Shown here piece by piece: positions 20,811 through 30,918 of a stretch of 64,000 bases of DNA. A program made the position numbers and the translations under genes. Each line of letters begins with the position of its first letter. The first letter of the stretch is position 1. The stretch is from NCBI GenBank assembly GCA_016234185.1, contig JACRHA010000056.1, positions 5,553 to 69,552 of the forward strand, written 5' to 3'. The notes beneath the pieces were generated by a model. It worked only from the letters and a program-made list of their open reading frames with translations, made no database searches and was not told where the DNA came from. The stretch is from Nitrospirota bacterium. Lineage in GTDB: Bacteria; Nitrospirota; Nitrospiria; JACRHA01.

Positions 20811-21701
20811 CTATCTCTCTCTCTTATCATTAGGGACAAGAAAACCATATTCCGATAATATCCTTCTCCCCTCTTTTCCCCCTAAATAACCGATAAATAC
20901 TTCTGCAAGCCGGACATTATTAGATCTGTTTATTATTGCAGCCCACTGTTCTATTCTATTATAAGAGCCTTCTGGTATCAACCAGAATCTACCAATAGCG
21001 TTCATCTTTGGAGAAAGGGCAATGGATAGGGCAATAATTCCTATATCTGCTGCTCCAGACTGGATGAACTGGGCTGTCTGGGATATATTCTCACCAAGTA
21101 TCAGTCTATCTTTTACTCTTTCATATACGCCAAGTTGTTTCATGGCCTCGACAGCAGCCCTCCCATATGGGGCATGCTGCGGATTAGCAATAGCTATCTT
21201 TTTAACAGAGGGATCAAGAAGACCCTTGATCCCTGATACATCTATGTCTATCCTTGATGCCTTAGGGACCCATAAAACTATCCTCCCGATCGCAAAAAAA
21301 GATTTTGAATCAGGGATGACAACCCCGGCTGAATCCATCTGCTCGATATAATTCGGGCTTGCTGATAAAATAATATCGAATGGCGCGCCATTTATGATCT
21401 GTGAGGCAAGATTTCCCGAAGACCCGAATATCACCTTTACCTCTACCTCGTGCCCACTATCCTTAAAACCCTTAACTATATCCGGCATGGTAAGATTTAA
21501 ATCAGAGGCAGCAGCAATTATTAATTCCCCGTTATCATGCCGATCCTGGGCATACAGTAAATCGGGAAATCTGCCAACCACAATAAGAGATAGTGTCAAC
21601 AACAGAAGGCCGGGGCTATGAAAACTTTTTATGCGACACCTTTTAAGATAAATATTAAATCTTTCGATCATAAAAAGTTTGAGTAGGTCCGGCCTTTTCA
21701 T
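20811..21701 (-). CDS. modA: Molybdate-binding periplasmic protein (start uncertain)
   Basis: AAASDL, FGSSGNL, NGAPFD, ANPQHAPYGRAA. Confidence 0.95.
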   Translation of the reverse strand: MKRPDLLKLFMIERFNIYLKRCRIKSFHSPGLLLLTLSLIVVGRFPDLLYAQDRHDNGELIIAAASDLNLTMPDIVKGFKDSGHEVEVKVIFGSSGNLASQIINGAPFDIILSASPNYIEQMDSAGVVIPDSKSFFAIGRIVLWVPKASRIDIDVSGIKGLLDPSVKKIAIANPQHAPYGRAAVEAMKQLGVYERVKDRLILGENISQTAQFIQSGAADIGIIALSIALSPKMNAIGRFWLIPEGSYNRIEQWAAIINRSNNVRLAEVFIGYLGGKEGRRILSEYGFLVPNDKRER

Positions 21702-22057
21702 TTGACTGTCTCTGCCTGTTTCTTCTCTTCCTCTTTCAAAAAGATCTTCAAGTCACCATACAGCGACCAGAAGAGTTTTATTGCCCGCTCACCCTCATCG
21801 GTAATAATAGCCCCTCCTCCACTTCGCCCGCCTGTCCTGGTCTCAACCAGTTTCTTTTTTGAAAGCCTGTTCATTGATTCTACAAGCTCCCAGGCACGCC
21901 TGTACGACATATCCATTGACCGTGCTGCCATGCGTATCGAGCCATATTTCTTGATCAGCTCCAACAGGATTACCCTGCCATATCCTATATATGTCTCTCC
22001 CCTATTTTCTACCCAGATCCTCCCATTTACTGTGTATCTATCCTTCGACTTCTTCAT
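21698..22057 (-). CDS. modE: ModE-type wHTH regulator (N-terminal domain only)
   Basis: GSIRMAARSMDMSYRRAW...GGRSGGGA. Confidence 0.9.
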   Translation of the reverse strand: MKKSKDRYTVNGRIWVENRGETYIGYGRVILLELIKKYGSIRMAARSMDMSYRRAWELVESMNRLSKKKLVETRTGGRSGGGAIITDEGERAIKLFWSLYGDLKIFLKEEEKKQAETVK

Positions 22058-22065
22058 AAATTGTG

Positions 22066-22097
22066 CGTAGTATATGATAGGGAATAACGGATGTCAA
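22066..22097 (-). promoter_or_regulatory. Sigma-70 promoter of modEABC overlapped by a ModE-box-like inverted repeat
   Basis: Minus strand TTGACA-N17-TATACT (22097-22069); CGTAGT-N12-ATAACG at 22066-22089. Confidence 0.7.
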
Positions 22098-22226
22098 GGC
22101 TGTACGGCCTGTTGTCCACCCATTGACGGACCGGTCGCCGCATGTTATTCTTAGCGTCATGCGAATATCGTATCTGTTTCTTATGTCATGCACACAGCGT
22201 CCCTTTCTTGCAAAGTCTAGCTGCTG

Positions 22227-23831
22227 ATGCGTATCTTCTTAATTCATATCCGTGATCCACAGTTTTACGCCCTGCCGGCCAAGACCCGCGCCAAGAACGG
22301 GAATATCCGGGTGATGGGCTTTCCTCCCATCGGCATCATGTCGCTCTCCGCCGTGCTCAAACGGGCAGGTCACGAGTGCGTTATGTTCGATCAGGCCAAT
22401 CCCGAAACACCCAATGACGTTATTATCGAAGAAATCCGCAAGCAGCGCCCCGCGCTTGTCGGCCTTAGTTTCCTGAGCACAACCAGTTATCCTTACGCGA
22501 AGATCCTGGCCCGTCAGATCCGCCAAGCTGATTCGAAAGTTCGGCTGGCGTTCGGCGGCGTCTTCGCCTCGCTCAACGCGCAGTTGGTCAAGCTCCAATG
22601 TCCCGAGGTCGACTTTGTCTGCCGCGGCGACGGCGAGCAGCTCATCCTGGATCTTATTGAGCGGCTTGACGCTCCCGAAACTGTGGAAAGCCTGACGTGG
22701 GCCAAGGACGGCCAGGTGGTGCAGAACCCCAACCGGACCATGGAGCGTCATCTCAATCAGTGGCCTTTTCCCGACCGTGAGGGACTGCCTCTGGACTTTA
22801 TCGAGTCGATGCCGCTTGATGTGCCGGCGGTATTGTCGATGGAGCGCTTCACGACAATGCAGACCTCCCGCGGCTGTCCATGGCCGTGTATCTTTTGCGA
22901 CATCCCGGTATTCAATGAGGGGAAGTGGCGCTCCCGCACTGCCGATCACGTAGTGGAAGAGTTTAAGCATCTCCAGAATCTCGGCTACGGGGCCGTATAT
23001 TTCGTAGACGATCACTTTCTCCTCCAGCCCAAACGGATTGAAGAAATTTGCCGGGGCATCATCGACGCCGGTTTAACGATCGAGTGGGGTGTTGAGGGGC
23101 GGGTCGACTCCGTTTGTCAGCATCTCTTCCCCATAATGGCAAAGGCGCACTGTCGAACGATCATGTTTGGAATCGAGACCGGCAGCCAGAAGGTGCTCAA
23201 TCGTCTGAATAAGGAACAGACCCTGGAAGATGTCGAATCAGCGGTGACGACCGCCAAGAAAGCAGGCATCGAGATCGTACACGGCTTCTTCGTCGTCGGT
23301 ACGCCGGACGAGACGGTGGAGGATATGCGGGCTACGTTCGACTTTGCGTCACGGCTCAGGCTCGATACCTTTGCGTTCAATCGGCTCTGCGTCTACCGCG
23401 GGACACCCCTGTGGCAGGAATATGTGAAGCGCGGCCTGGTCAACGATGTGACCGATTGGTACAAGTTTTTTAAGTGCTCGGAGATCGACCCCACCTGTCT
23501 GCCCGGTGAGGTCATCAACGCCGAGCGCACCGCCGGTATGCGCCGCCTCTTTGTCTACAAGCTGACGCATTACCCGATTCAAATCTTTACGTTGCTGCGC
23601 CGCTTCTTCCGCTATATGCCGGTGCGCGATGTGATCTATCTGATTGTCAAGCCGTTCCTCGGAAAGAAGCAGGGACAGACAAAGGCCGAGGCGCTGTCGC
23701 GCTCCGTTGAGCACGGGGCGCTCAAGGACACGGCCGCCGAGCTGACGCAGGTGTCGGATGATAAACTCGAATATGTCATCAATGAATCGAAGGCCGAGCG
23801 CCTTCGCTTTCAGCAAGAGGCGAAAAAATAG
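22227..23831 (+). CDS. B12-binding-domain radical SAM protein
   Basis: PPIGIMSLSAVL, RGDGE, TSRGCPWPCIFC (CxxxCxxC); visibly more GC-rich than neighbours. Confidence 0.9.
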   Translation: MRIFLIHIRDPQFYALPAKTRAKNGNIRVMGFPPIGIMSLSAVLKRAGHECVMFDQANPETPNDVIIEEIRKQRPALVGLSFLSTTSYPYAKILARQIRQADSKVRLAFGGVFASLNAQLVKLQCPEVDFVCRGDGEQLILDLIERLDAPETVESLTWAKDGQVVQNPNRTMERHLNQWPFPDREGLPLDFIESMPLDVPAVLSMERFTTMQTSRGCPWPCIFCDIPVFNEGKWRSRTADHVVEEFKHLQNLGYGAVYFVDDHFLLQPKRIEEICRGIIDAGLTIEWGVEGRVDSVCQHLFPIMAKAHCRTIMFGIETGSQKVLNRLNKEQTLEDVESAVTTAKKAGIEIVHGFFVVGTPDETVEDMRATFDFASRLRLDTFAFNRLCVYRGTPLWQEYVKRGLVNDVTDWYKFFKCSEIDPTCLPGEVINAERTAGMRRLFVYKLTHYPIQIFTLLRRFFRYMPVRDVIYLIVKPFLGKKQGQTKAEALSRSVEHGALKDTAAELTQVSDDKLEYVINESKAERLRFQQEAKK

Positions 23832-23989
23832 GATGTCACAGGCCAAGGCGCCTGAGGCCGATTCCTCGCATTCTATCCCTCCCTCCATTCAGCACTTCTT
23901 AAGCTGGATAGATATATAAGTAAATCCCATTCTGTTGTATAATTAAACGGATCTATATTACAAATAGACCTAAATAAGGAGACGCTTAA

Positions 23990-25243
23990 TTGAAGATATA
24001 TCTATTCCTGATACTGATAGTCATTGCATATATCCTGAAAGAGGCATTTAAATATCTCGTCATCTATATGAACCTGAATCACATGATGAGAAAAGGGGAT
24101 GTTGTACCGCCTGAATTTGATGGAAAGATCAATAAGGAAGGAATGAAAAAGGCAGGAGATTATCAGTCGGAGAGGGTCCGCTTCGGCATGATCGCATCCC
24201 TATTTAACAATATAGTCATAATCGTCTTTATCTTTGGCGGTCTTCTGAGCCTCTATAATAGATGGATCTCATCCTTAAACCTCCCCTTTATCTTTGCCGG
24301 GTGGCTCTTCTTTATCCTCCTATTCTATGCAAACGAGATCCTCTCCATCCCTTTTGGCCTATATAGCAGTTTCAAAATAGAGGCAAGGTACGGATTCAAT
24401 ACAATGACGCCCCGTCTCTGGCTCTCTGACTTTCTAAAATCGATCTCTATCTCTACTGCTATGAACTCCCTCCTGATATTGGCCGGTCTCCTCTTGATTC
24501 AATGGGCTCCCGATTCCTGGTGGATCTGGGTATGGACTTTTATTTTGGCCTACAGCATATTCATCATGTATATATCGCCATACGTGATTGAACCCTTATT
24601 TAATAAATTCGCACCCATTGATGATGAATCGCTCAGAGAAAGGATCATCAGACTGACAGATAAGGTGGGCATACATGTCGGCAGGATACTAAAGATGGAT
24701 GCCTCAAAGAGGAGCAGACATACAAACGCCTATTTCACAGGGATCGGGAAGACAAAGAGGATAGTCCTTTTTGACACCCTCCTGTCAGGCATGGATCAGG
24801 ATGAGATAATAGCTGTCCTTGCCCATGAGATTGGACACTGGAAGGGCAGGCATATCTTGAAGATGATGGTCATATCCGCTATCGTATCGCTTGTAGCCCT
24901 CTTTTTGACCTTCAGGCTGACTCAGAGTAATCTCCTTTTGAGGCTCTTTAATATCAGTACAGACACGCTCTTTGCAAAGCTGTTTATTATCTCATTCCTT
25001 GCAGGGATTGTAGCCACGCCATTAAAATGGCTTATGAGTTCCATTAGCAGAAGACATGAGAGGGAGGCCGACAGGACATCATATGAACTTACATCAGATG
25101 GTGAGAGGATGGTGAGCGCCCTTGTAAAGTTATCCAAAGAAAACCTCTCAAACCTTTATCCCCACCCCCTCTATGTCGCCATCTATTATTCCCACCCCCC
25201 TGTCCTGGAGAGGATAAGATATATAAGGGCTTTATCAGAATAA
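23990..25243 (+). CDS. M48 family (Ste24-like) zinc metalloprotease
   Basis: NAYFTG, HEIGH, EREAD, SHPPVLERI; multiple TM helices. Confidence 0.93.
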   Translation: MKIYLFLILIVIAYILKEAFKYLVIYMNLNHMMRKGDVVPPEFDGKINKEGMKKAGDYQSERVRFGMIASLFNNIVIIVFIFGGLLSLYNRWISSLNLPFIFAGWLFFILLFYANEILSIPFGLYSSFKIEARYGFNTMTPRLWLSDFLKSISISTAMNSLLILAGLLLIQWAPDSWWIWVWTFILAYSIFIMYISPYVIEPLFNKFAPIDDESLRERIIRLTDKVGIHVGRILKMDASKRSRHTNAYFTGIGKTKRIVLFDTLLSGMDQDEIIAVLAHEIGHWKGRHILKMMVISAIVSLVALFLTFRLTQSNLLLRLFNISTDTLFAKLFIISFLAGIVATPLKWLMSSISRRHEREADRTSYELTSDGERMVSALVKLSKENLSNLYPHPLYVAIYYSHPPVLERIRYIRALSE

Positions 25244-25275
25244 CATTTTTCCGCCTCAAAGGCGTGAAGCGCCCC

Positions 25276-25338
25276 AGAGAACGCTCCGGTTGAGCCTCGT
25301 GAGCTTTGTGAGCGCCGGACTCCAACCGGTTATTATGC
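25276..25338 (-). other. Solitary attC-like site
   Basis: Minus strand GCATAAT-AACCG-GTTGGAGT...GCTCAAC-CGGAGC-GTTCTCT: 5/6-bp spacers and an extra G in L''. Confidence 0.6.
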
Positions 25339-25554
25339 GGCGTTCAATGGTGAAATACGCTCAATATGGATGATAGCCTTAAATTTGTTCTTCCTCCTGA
25401 TGTAAGTATCGCCCATCCTACAGGTATAGGCCCTTTCAGGATCGCCTCTTTTTCTATCATCTGAGACAGTCCATAATTTGACTCTGCTTAATAATATAAT
25501 ATATATTCTAACCCAATTTTCTAAATATCTAACAATAGAAATGGATTACTCAGC

Positions 25555-27324
25555 ATGGGCATAGCAATTGTACTGATTATCTTCGTGGCAGCCATAGTCC
25601 TTTTTTCCCTGGAATTATTATCCGTAGAAATCATAGGAATCTTAATAATGTCCTCCCTCGTGATAACAGGCATCCTGTCCGCACAGCAGGCATTCGCCGG
25701 GTTTGGCAATGAGATGATCATCTTCTTCGTAGGGGTCTTGATTATGGGTGGCGGAATAATAAAGACAGGCATAGCAGACAGGATCGGAGAATTGATATTA
25801 AAAATGCATGATGCCGGAGAAAGGAGCTTAATCTTCATCATCCTGGTAGTGGTTTCCGCTCTCTCTGCCTTTGTCAGTAATTTCGGGACCGTTGCAATGT
25901 TATTACCTGCCGTATTGGGGATTTCAAAACATTCAAAGGTAAGCCCGTCAAAGTTACTCATCCCCCTGGCATTCGGTTCACTCCTGGGCGGGACCTGTAC
26001 ATTAATAGGCACATCAACCAACATAGCTGTCAGCGGGGCACTGGCTCAATATAAAATGCCGCCATTTTCTATGTTTGAGCTGACACCTGTCGGCATTATA
26101 ATCGTTGGCGCCGGAATACTCTATTTCATGTTGATCGGTTATCGCCTTCTTCCGGACAGGCAGAAGGAGACGGTAATCGAAAATTATCAGTTAAGAGAGT
26201 ATCTGACAGAGCTATTAATACAGCACAATTCCCCCTTTGCAGGGAATTCTATAAAGATAAATGAGTTTAGAGAAAAATATAATATAGTTGTCGTAGGTAT
26301 ATTGAGGGACCACAGAAAGATACTTGTACCTACATCAACAGAAATTATCAAGGGCGGGGATATATTACTGGTAAAAGGCAATATAGAGAACATTAAAAGG
26401 ATGATGGTAAAAAAGGGCGTAGAGATAAAATCCGATGTAATGATTAATGATCGTGACCTTGAAGATGAAGACGTGAAGATGATTGAATTTATCCTTCCGG
26501 GCCATTCTGCATTTACAGGAAAAACACTGGAGGAGCTTAACATCCGCGAGGTATATGGTCTTAATACCCTGGCGCTCTTCAGGCATGGTGAGGCGCTGAG
26601 GGAAAAGGTCAGGGATATCCCCCTAAAGTTCGGCGATGTCCTGCTTATCATGGGAAGAAAAGAGAAGATCGACAGATTTAAGATGAACCCTGAGATTATG
26701 CTGCTTGGAGATGCTACCCCCCAAAAGGTGAGGAGAGAAAAAGGACTCCATGCTATAGCTGTCTTTGCCGGGGCAATAATAGCCGGGACCCTGAATATAA
26801 TTCCGATCTCCCTGGCCTTCCTAATAGGGGGAGTACTTATGATACTGATGCGCTGCATAGATATAGAAGATGCCTATCGCACCATTGAATGGAGACTTAT
26901 CGTCTTAATCGGCGCAATATTTTCCCTAAATGCTGCCATGGAGGTTACCGGCACTGCCCAGTTTCTGGCAAACCGGATAGTTGAACTGGTTGGTCAATAT
27001 GGACCGATGACGCTCCTTGCAGGATTCTTCCTCTTGACGCTATTTCTTACCCAGCCTATGTCCAATGTAGCCGCAGCACTATTAGTCCTCCCCCTGGCCA
27101 TCCACAGCGCAAACGATCTTGGTGTGAATCCGAGGACATTTGCAATCGGGATAACAATAGCGGCCTCCTGTTCACTTATAGCGCCCCTTGAACCTGCCTG
27201 TGTGCTGGTATATGGTCCCGGAAGGTATAAATTCTCTGATTTCATAAAGAATGGATCGATACTGGCCTTTATCATCTTTATCATCTCGATGATAGCAATA
27301 CCTATCCTCTGGCCATTCAATTAG
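25555..27324 (+). CDS. SLC13/CitMHS-like permease with tandem TrkA-C (RCK_C) domains
   Basis: SAFVSN, LGGTCTLIGTSTN, soluble central domains, GPGRYKFSDF. Confidence 0.9.
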   Translation: MGIAIVLIIFVAAIVLFSLELLSVEIIGILIMSSLVITGILSAQQAFAGFGNEMIIFFVGVLIMGGGIIKTGIADRIGELILKMHDAGERSLIFIILVVVSALSAFVSNFGTVAMLLPAVLGISKHSKVSPSKLLIPLAFGSLLGGTCTLIGTSTNIAVSGALAQYKMPPFSMFELTPVGIIIVGAGILYFMLIGYRLLPDRQKETVIENYQLREYLTELLIQHNSPFAGNSIKINEFREKYNIVVVGILRDHRKILVPTSTEIIKGGDILLVKGNIENIKRMMVKKGVEIKSDVMINDRDLEDEDVKMIEFILPGHSAFTGKTLEELNIREVYGLNTLALFRHGEALREKVRDIPLKFGDVLLIMGRKEKIDRFKMNPEIMLLGDATPQKVRREKGLHAIAVFAGAIIAGTLNIIPISLAFLIGGVLMILMRCIDIEDAYRTIEWRLIVLIGAIFSLNAAMEVTGTAQFLANRIVELVGQYGPMTLLAGFFLLTLFLTQPMSNVAAALLVLPLAIHSANDLGVNPRTFAIGITIAASCSLIAPLEPACVLVYGPGRYKFSDFIKNGSILAFIIFIISMIAIPILWPFN

Positions 27325-27330
27325 ATACCC

Positions 27331-27402
27331 AGCGAGCGGATGCGAGCGTTGAGGGGGAGGCTCCATCCGGCTTTGCCGGTGGAGGGGGCGACGCAAGCCC
27401 CT
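27331..27402 (+). repeat. 72-bp core structured repeat
   Basis: AGCGAGCGGATGCGAGCGTTGAGGGGGAGGCTCCATCCGGCTTTGCCGGTGGAGGGGGCGACGCAAGCCCCT. Confidence 0.97.
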
Positions 27403-27417
27403 TTAATAGGTAAAAGA

Positions 27418-27690
27418 CTAAGCCTTGATAATTGTCCAGATCCCGATGACAATGAAGCCTATGCCTGCAACCCATGAGATCCATCTTTGGCTCATATGAC
27501 GGAAAATAAACGAGCCAGCGAGAACCCCGATCCCTGAGGCGACAACAAGGGCAAGGGCAGAACCGAGAAAGACCGACAATTTCTTGCTTTCAGGGTCTGC
27601 GGCATATAATATTGTTGCAAGCTGTGTCTTGTCTCCAACCTCTGTAAGAAAGATAGTCCAGAATGTAATCAGAACAACCCTTATATCCAC
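27418..27690 (-). CDS. TMEM165/GDT1 (UPF0016) single-repeat protein
   Basis: EVGDKTQ motif and three TM helices; GTG start. Confidence 0.9.
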   Translation of the reverse strand: MDIRVVLITFWTIFLTEVGDKTQLATILYAADPESKKLSVFLGSALALVVASGIGVLAGSFIFRHMSQRWISWVAGIGFIVIGIWTIIKA

Positions 27691-27854
27691 TTACACCTCC
27701 GGCTTTTGTCAGATTTATTCTTACCCAATGCTTACCATCCTTGATCCTTGTTTATGCCGCCCAATCTTTGCAAAGTGGATTCAGTGATCCGGTGGCTATT
27801 CATAATTATATCTTTACGATATCAACTCGACTCATTTTATGGTAAAATATATTC

Positions 27855-28058
27855 ATGTCAAAAAAGCCTCTGATAGAGACAAACCCTTACTTAAAGGACC
27901 CTGAAAAGCGAAAAGCTCTGATTTATACGACAGTTACTTCCTCAACCGCCATAGAAACAGGGCACATCGTCTCTGATTGGACAATTCAGCCATCAAAGAA
28001 ACCCAAAAAAGAGATTAACTTTGCTAAGCCTGAAGAGTCTTATCGATTACCTCGCTGA
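27855..28058 (+). CDS. Small hypothetical protein, possible Fic antitoxin
   Basis: 67 aa with SSTAIETG; convergently overlaps fic. Confidence 0.5.
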   Translation: MSKKPLIETNPYLKDPEKRKALIYTTVTSSTAIETGHIVSDWTIQPSKKPKKEINFAKPEESYRLPR

Positions 28059-28665
28059 ATACCTTCTCCATCGGACTATAGTTTCGATCTAATCCAGCCC
28101 TTACTGCGACAAAATATTCCTCTCGCTTTATGCCTTTTATAATACCGGTAAAATCTAAAAACGGACCGACCTGTGCAGCCATAAGGTTTGCCAACAGGCG
28201 GGCAACACGACCATTGCCTTCACGAAAAGGATGGATGAGTATTAGTTCTGTGTGCACAATAGCCAATGCCTTTACCACCTCATTCATTGATCTAAAACGG
28301 CAAGGCGTGAATTGACGAAGAGGCCCTTTTTCAAACTCCGCCATCAGCATATGGATATGCTGTGCAGCGGCAAAAGGAAAATCTCCCTTGGTAAGATTTA
28401 CCTGCCAATACTGGCCTGCCCAAGCATAGATAGGTCTAAGCCAGATCCTATGAATGTTGCAGATATCCTCCGCAGTAAAACGATGACCCTGGCCATAAAT
28501 CTCGACTAATTCTTCGATGGCGCGGAACTGTTCTCTCTGCTCAATCTGATCCATCTCTCTTTTTGTTTTGATCCCCAACAAATTTTTGAGTACCCGTCCA
28601 CGCGATCCGGGTTCAAACTGGGCCTCCAACAGCCCAGAGGCATCATAACGTCCTGTCTTTTTCAT
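28024..28665 (-). CDS. Fic family protein
   Basis: HPFREGNGRVAR catalytic motif. Confidence 0.95.
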   Translation of the reverse strand: MKKTGRYDASGLLEAQFEPGSRGRVLKNLLGIKTKREMDQIEQREQFRAIEELVEIYGQGHRFTAEDICNIHRIWLRPIYAWAGQYWQVNLTKGDFPFAAAQHIHMLMAEFEKGPLRQFTPCRFRSMNEVVKALAIVHTELILIHPFREGNGRVARLLANLMAAQVGPFLDFTGIIKGIKREEYFVAVRAGLDRNYSPMEKVFSEVIDKTLQA

Positions 28666-29011
28666 CTATATTCACCGGATTGTTCTCATCCATTTTGCCC
28701 ATTTTAAGGGGTGCCATTTGCTTGAAAAAGTAGTAGACGAACCGCGGTTCATTTCCATGAAAGTCCTTGACCCAAAGAGTTGTGTCATGCGGCCAATAGT
28801 CTGACTCGATGTAGTACACGCTTCCAACCACGCCCTTACGCCCCAAAACCACACCTGGTCCACGTACTTGCGCTGTGTCGTGATAGCTCGAAATTCCTCC
28901 GGAGGATATGACAGGAATATTGCCCGAACGCTGTTCCGCTTTAGTAATGTCAATCCCACGTTGAAGCGTGGCTTGCTCACCGATGGTCGTATCACGCCAC
29001 TCACCCGCCAT
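28643..29011 (-). pseudogene. hsdS: Type I R-M specificity subunit, N-terminal fragment
   Basis: MAGEW...LQRGIDI...PVISSGG...LGRKGVVG.V.Y....WPHDTT; ends within TRD1. Confidence 0.85.
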
Positions 29012-29026
29012 ATCTCACCCTCAAAC

Positions 29027-29545
29027 TCATTTCCCTTCCTTCTCCCTATGGAAGCCAATCTGACGGCGCTTAGGATCGGGAGGAATCATAAGCTGTCGGA
29101 TGGCATCAAACACCACCTTGAACTGGGCGTCATATTTCTTCTCAATGGCATTGAGCTTTCGTGATAACTCGGCATTTGAGGCAAGCATTTGCCTGAGCCT
29201 CACAAAGGCCCGCATGATTTCTATGTTGACCTTTACAGCCCTTTCGCTGTTCAACACGCTGGAGAGCATGGCCACGCCCTGCTCTGTAAAGACATAGGGT
29301 AGGTATTTAGAATGCCCCCCTCTTTTTAAGGTGCCAAAATGGCGCCTTAAAGAGTCGTATTCTTCTTTCGATAATTGGATCATGAAATCTTCCGGGAAGC
29401 GGTCTATATTTCGTCTTACCTGCCTTTTCAGGTGCTTAACCTCAACACCATAAAGTTCGGCCAGATCGCTATCTAACATGACCTTTTCGCCCCGAATCAG
29501 CAGAATCTTCTTCTCAATCAGCTCAACTGGTATCAGCGCCTTCAT
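29027..29545 (-). CDS. ORF6N domain-containing protein
   Basis: [44 protein letters not shown]. Confidence 0.93.
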   Translation of the reverse strand: MKALIPVELIEKKILLIRGEKVMLDSDLAELYGVEVKHLKRQVRRNIDRFPEDFMIQLSKEEYDSLRRHFGTLKRGGHSKYLPYVFTEQGVAMLSSVLNSERAVKVNIEIMRAFVRLRQMLASNAELSRKLNAIEKKYDAQFKVVFDAIRQLMIPPDPKRRQIGFHREKEGK

Positions 29546-29646
29546 TTTGCCTCCACCTGTAATGTGCCAAATTGTGACCTCAACCTGTCAAGTCTTTTGT
29601 CCGCCATATCTCAGCACCTTTAGGTTAAAACAGATAGTGATGTCGC

Positions 29647-29687
29647 CCTGCCTGTGCGTCGCACGCAGGCAAGCACGCAGACAGGGT
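29647..29687. repeat. CCTGCCTG/CAGACAGG palindromic element
   Basis: CCCTGCCTGTGCGTCGCACGCAGGCAAGCACGCAGACAGGG; related palindrome at 55078-55099. Confidence 0.65.
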
Positions 29688-29693
29688 TTCCCA

Positions 29694-30818
29694 TTATTCT
29701 TCATGGCCCGTATCACCCTTAGGCATTTCAAGAGATGCCGAAATAGATGCCGAAAGGGATGTCTCCAATTCCTCAATGCTTGGCAGATTCCCTTTAAGAT
29801 TCTTCGGCAAGGTCTCTGTAAGTTTATATCCGGATACACCAATCGGTTTCCTGGTATCGCGCAGGGCGTATTCCACAATCACCCTGTTTTTGGCCTTGCA
29901 CAGGATTATGCCGATGCTCGGCTGGTCGTCTTTATGGCGCAGAATGTCATCCACCGCGGAAAGGTAAAAATTCATCTTGCCCGCATATTCGGGCTGGAAT
30001 TCTCCTACCTTGAGATCAATGACAACGAAACAACGCAGGCGGAGATGATAGAATAGAATGTCAATATAAAAATCTTCGTTTCCTATCTCCAAATGGTATT
30101 GGCTGCCGACAAAAGCGAACCCGACGCCCAGCTCGAGCAGGAATGAACGTATCTGCTCCAGGAGGGCCCTTTCCAAGTCCCGTTCTTTTGCCTCTTCACC
30201 GATGCTCAAGAAGTCAAAAACATACGGGTCTTTCAATACCTGCCTGGCAAGCTCGGATTGAGGTGCAGGTAGGGTGTGGTCAAAATTGGTGATGGCCTTT
30301 CCCTGTCTTTTATAAAGACCGCTCTCTATCTGATGCACAAGAACATTACGAGACCAACCGTGCTGGATGGTCTGGTGCATATACCATTCGCGCTCTGCCA
30401 GGTCCTTGACCTTGTCCAGCAGGATGCAGTTGTGGAACCATGGAATTTGTCCAGCAACCTGCTGGACAATTGAGCCATTGGGGTATGCCTCGGCGAATGC
30501 CCGCATATAGAGTAGGTTTGCCCGCGAGAAGCCCTTCATAACGGGGAAAGCGCTTCGAAGGTCTCGCGCTAAACGCTCGACTACCTTTGCTCCCCAGCCA
30601 TAGGCCTTCTGCTGTTCTATGATGCGCCGGCCAACCTCCCAGTAGAGCAGGACCAATTCGCGGTTGGCCGCAAGCCCTGCACGTATCTGAGCGGTGCGTA
30701 TCCGCGCCTTGAGTTCTTCGAGCAGTTCCGAGTAGCCCGTAGGCGCCTTTATGAATTGTGCAACAGCCCTTTGCACAATTTCTGATTTGGATTTTTTGAT
30801 TTTCCTTTTATCCGCCAT
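29694..30818 (-). CDS. YhcG/DUF1016 PD-(D/E)xK nuclease family protein
   Basis: NRELVLLYW, KDPYVFDFL, LELGVGFAFVGSQ, GKMNFYL. Confidence 0.95.
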   Translation of the reverse strand: MADKRKIKKSKSEIVQRAVAQFIKAPTGYSELLEELKARIRTAQIRAGLAANRELVLLYWEVGRRIIEQQKAYGWGAKVVERLARDLRSAFPVMKGFSRANLLYMRAFAEAYPNGSIVQQVAGQIPWFHNCILLDKVKDLAEREWYMHQTIQHGWSRNVLVHQIESGLYKRQGKAITNFDHTLPAPQSELARQVLKDPYVFDFLSIGEEAKERDLERALLEQIRSFLLELGVGFAFVGSQYHLEIGNEDFYIDILFYHLRLRCFVVIDLKVGEFQPEYAGKMNFYLSAVDDILRHKDDQPSIGIILCKAKNRVIVEYALRDTRKPIGVSGYKLTETLPKNLKGNLPSIEELETSLSASISASLEMPKGDTGHEE

Positions 30819-30918
30819 ATCCCAGCCTCTTCAGATTTTTCTTTATGATTGCTTCAAGCTTATCCGACTCGGTAAACTGTTCATGTAATTGTGCCATCAG
30901 CCGCTTCATCTTCTCCTC
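30808..30918 (-). pseudogene. hsdM: 3' remnant of type I R-M methyltransferase
   Basis: EEKMKRLMAQLHEQFTESDKLEAIIKKNLKRLGYGG*, a typical HsdM C-terminus; not in the ORF track. Confidence 0.8.

Noticed and set aside
27331..27402. Core repeat as a c-di-GMP riboswitch (GGCAAA, GACGCAA words)
   Set aside because: The words lie on opposite strands and the copy number and in-CDS positions do not fit.
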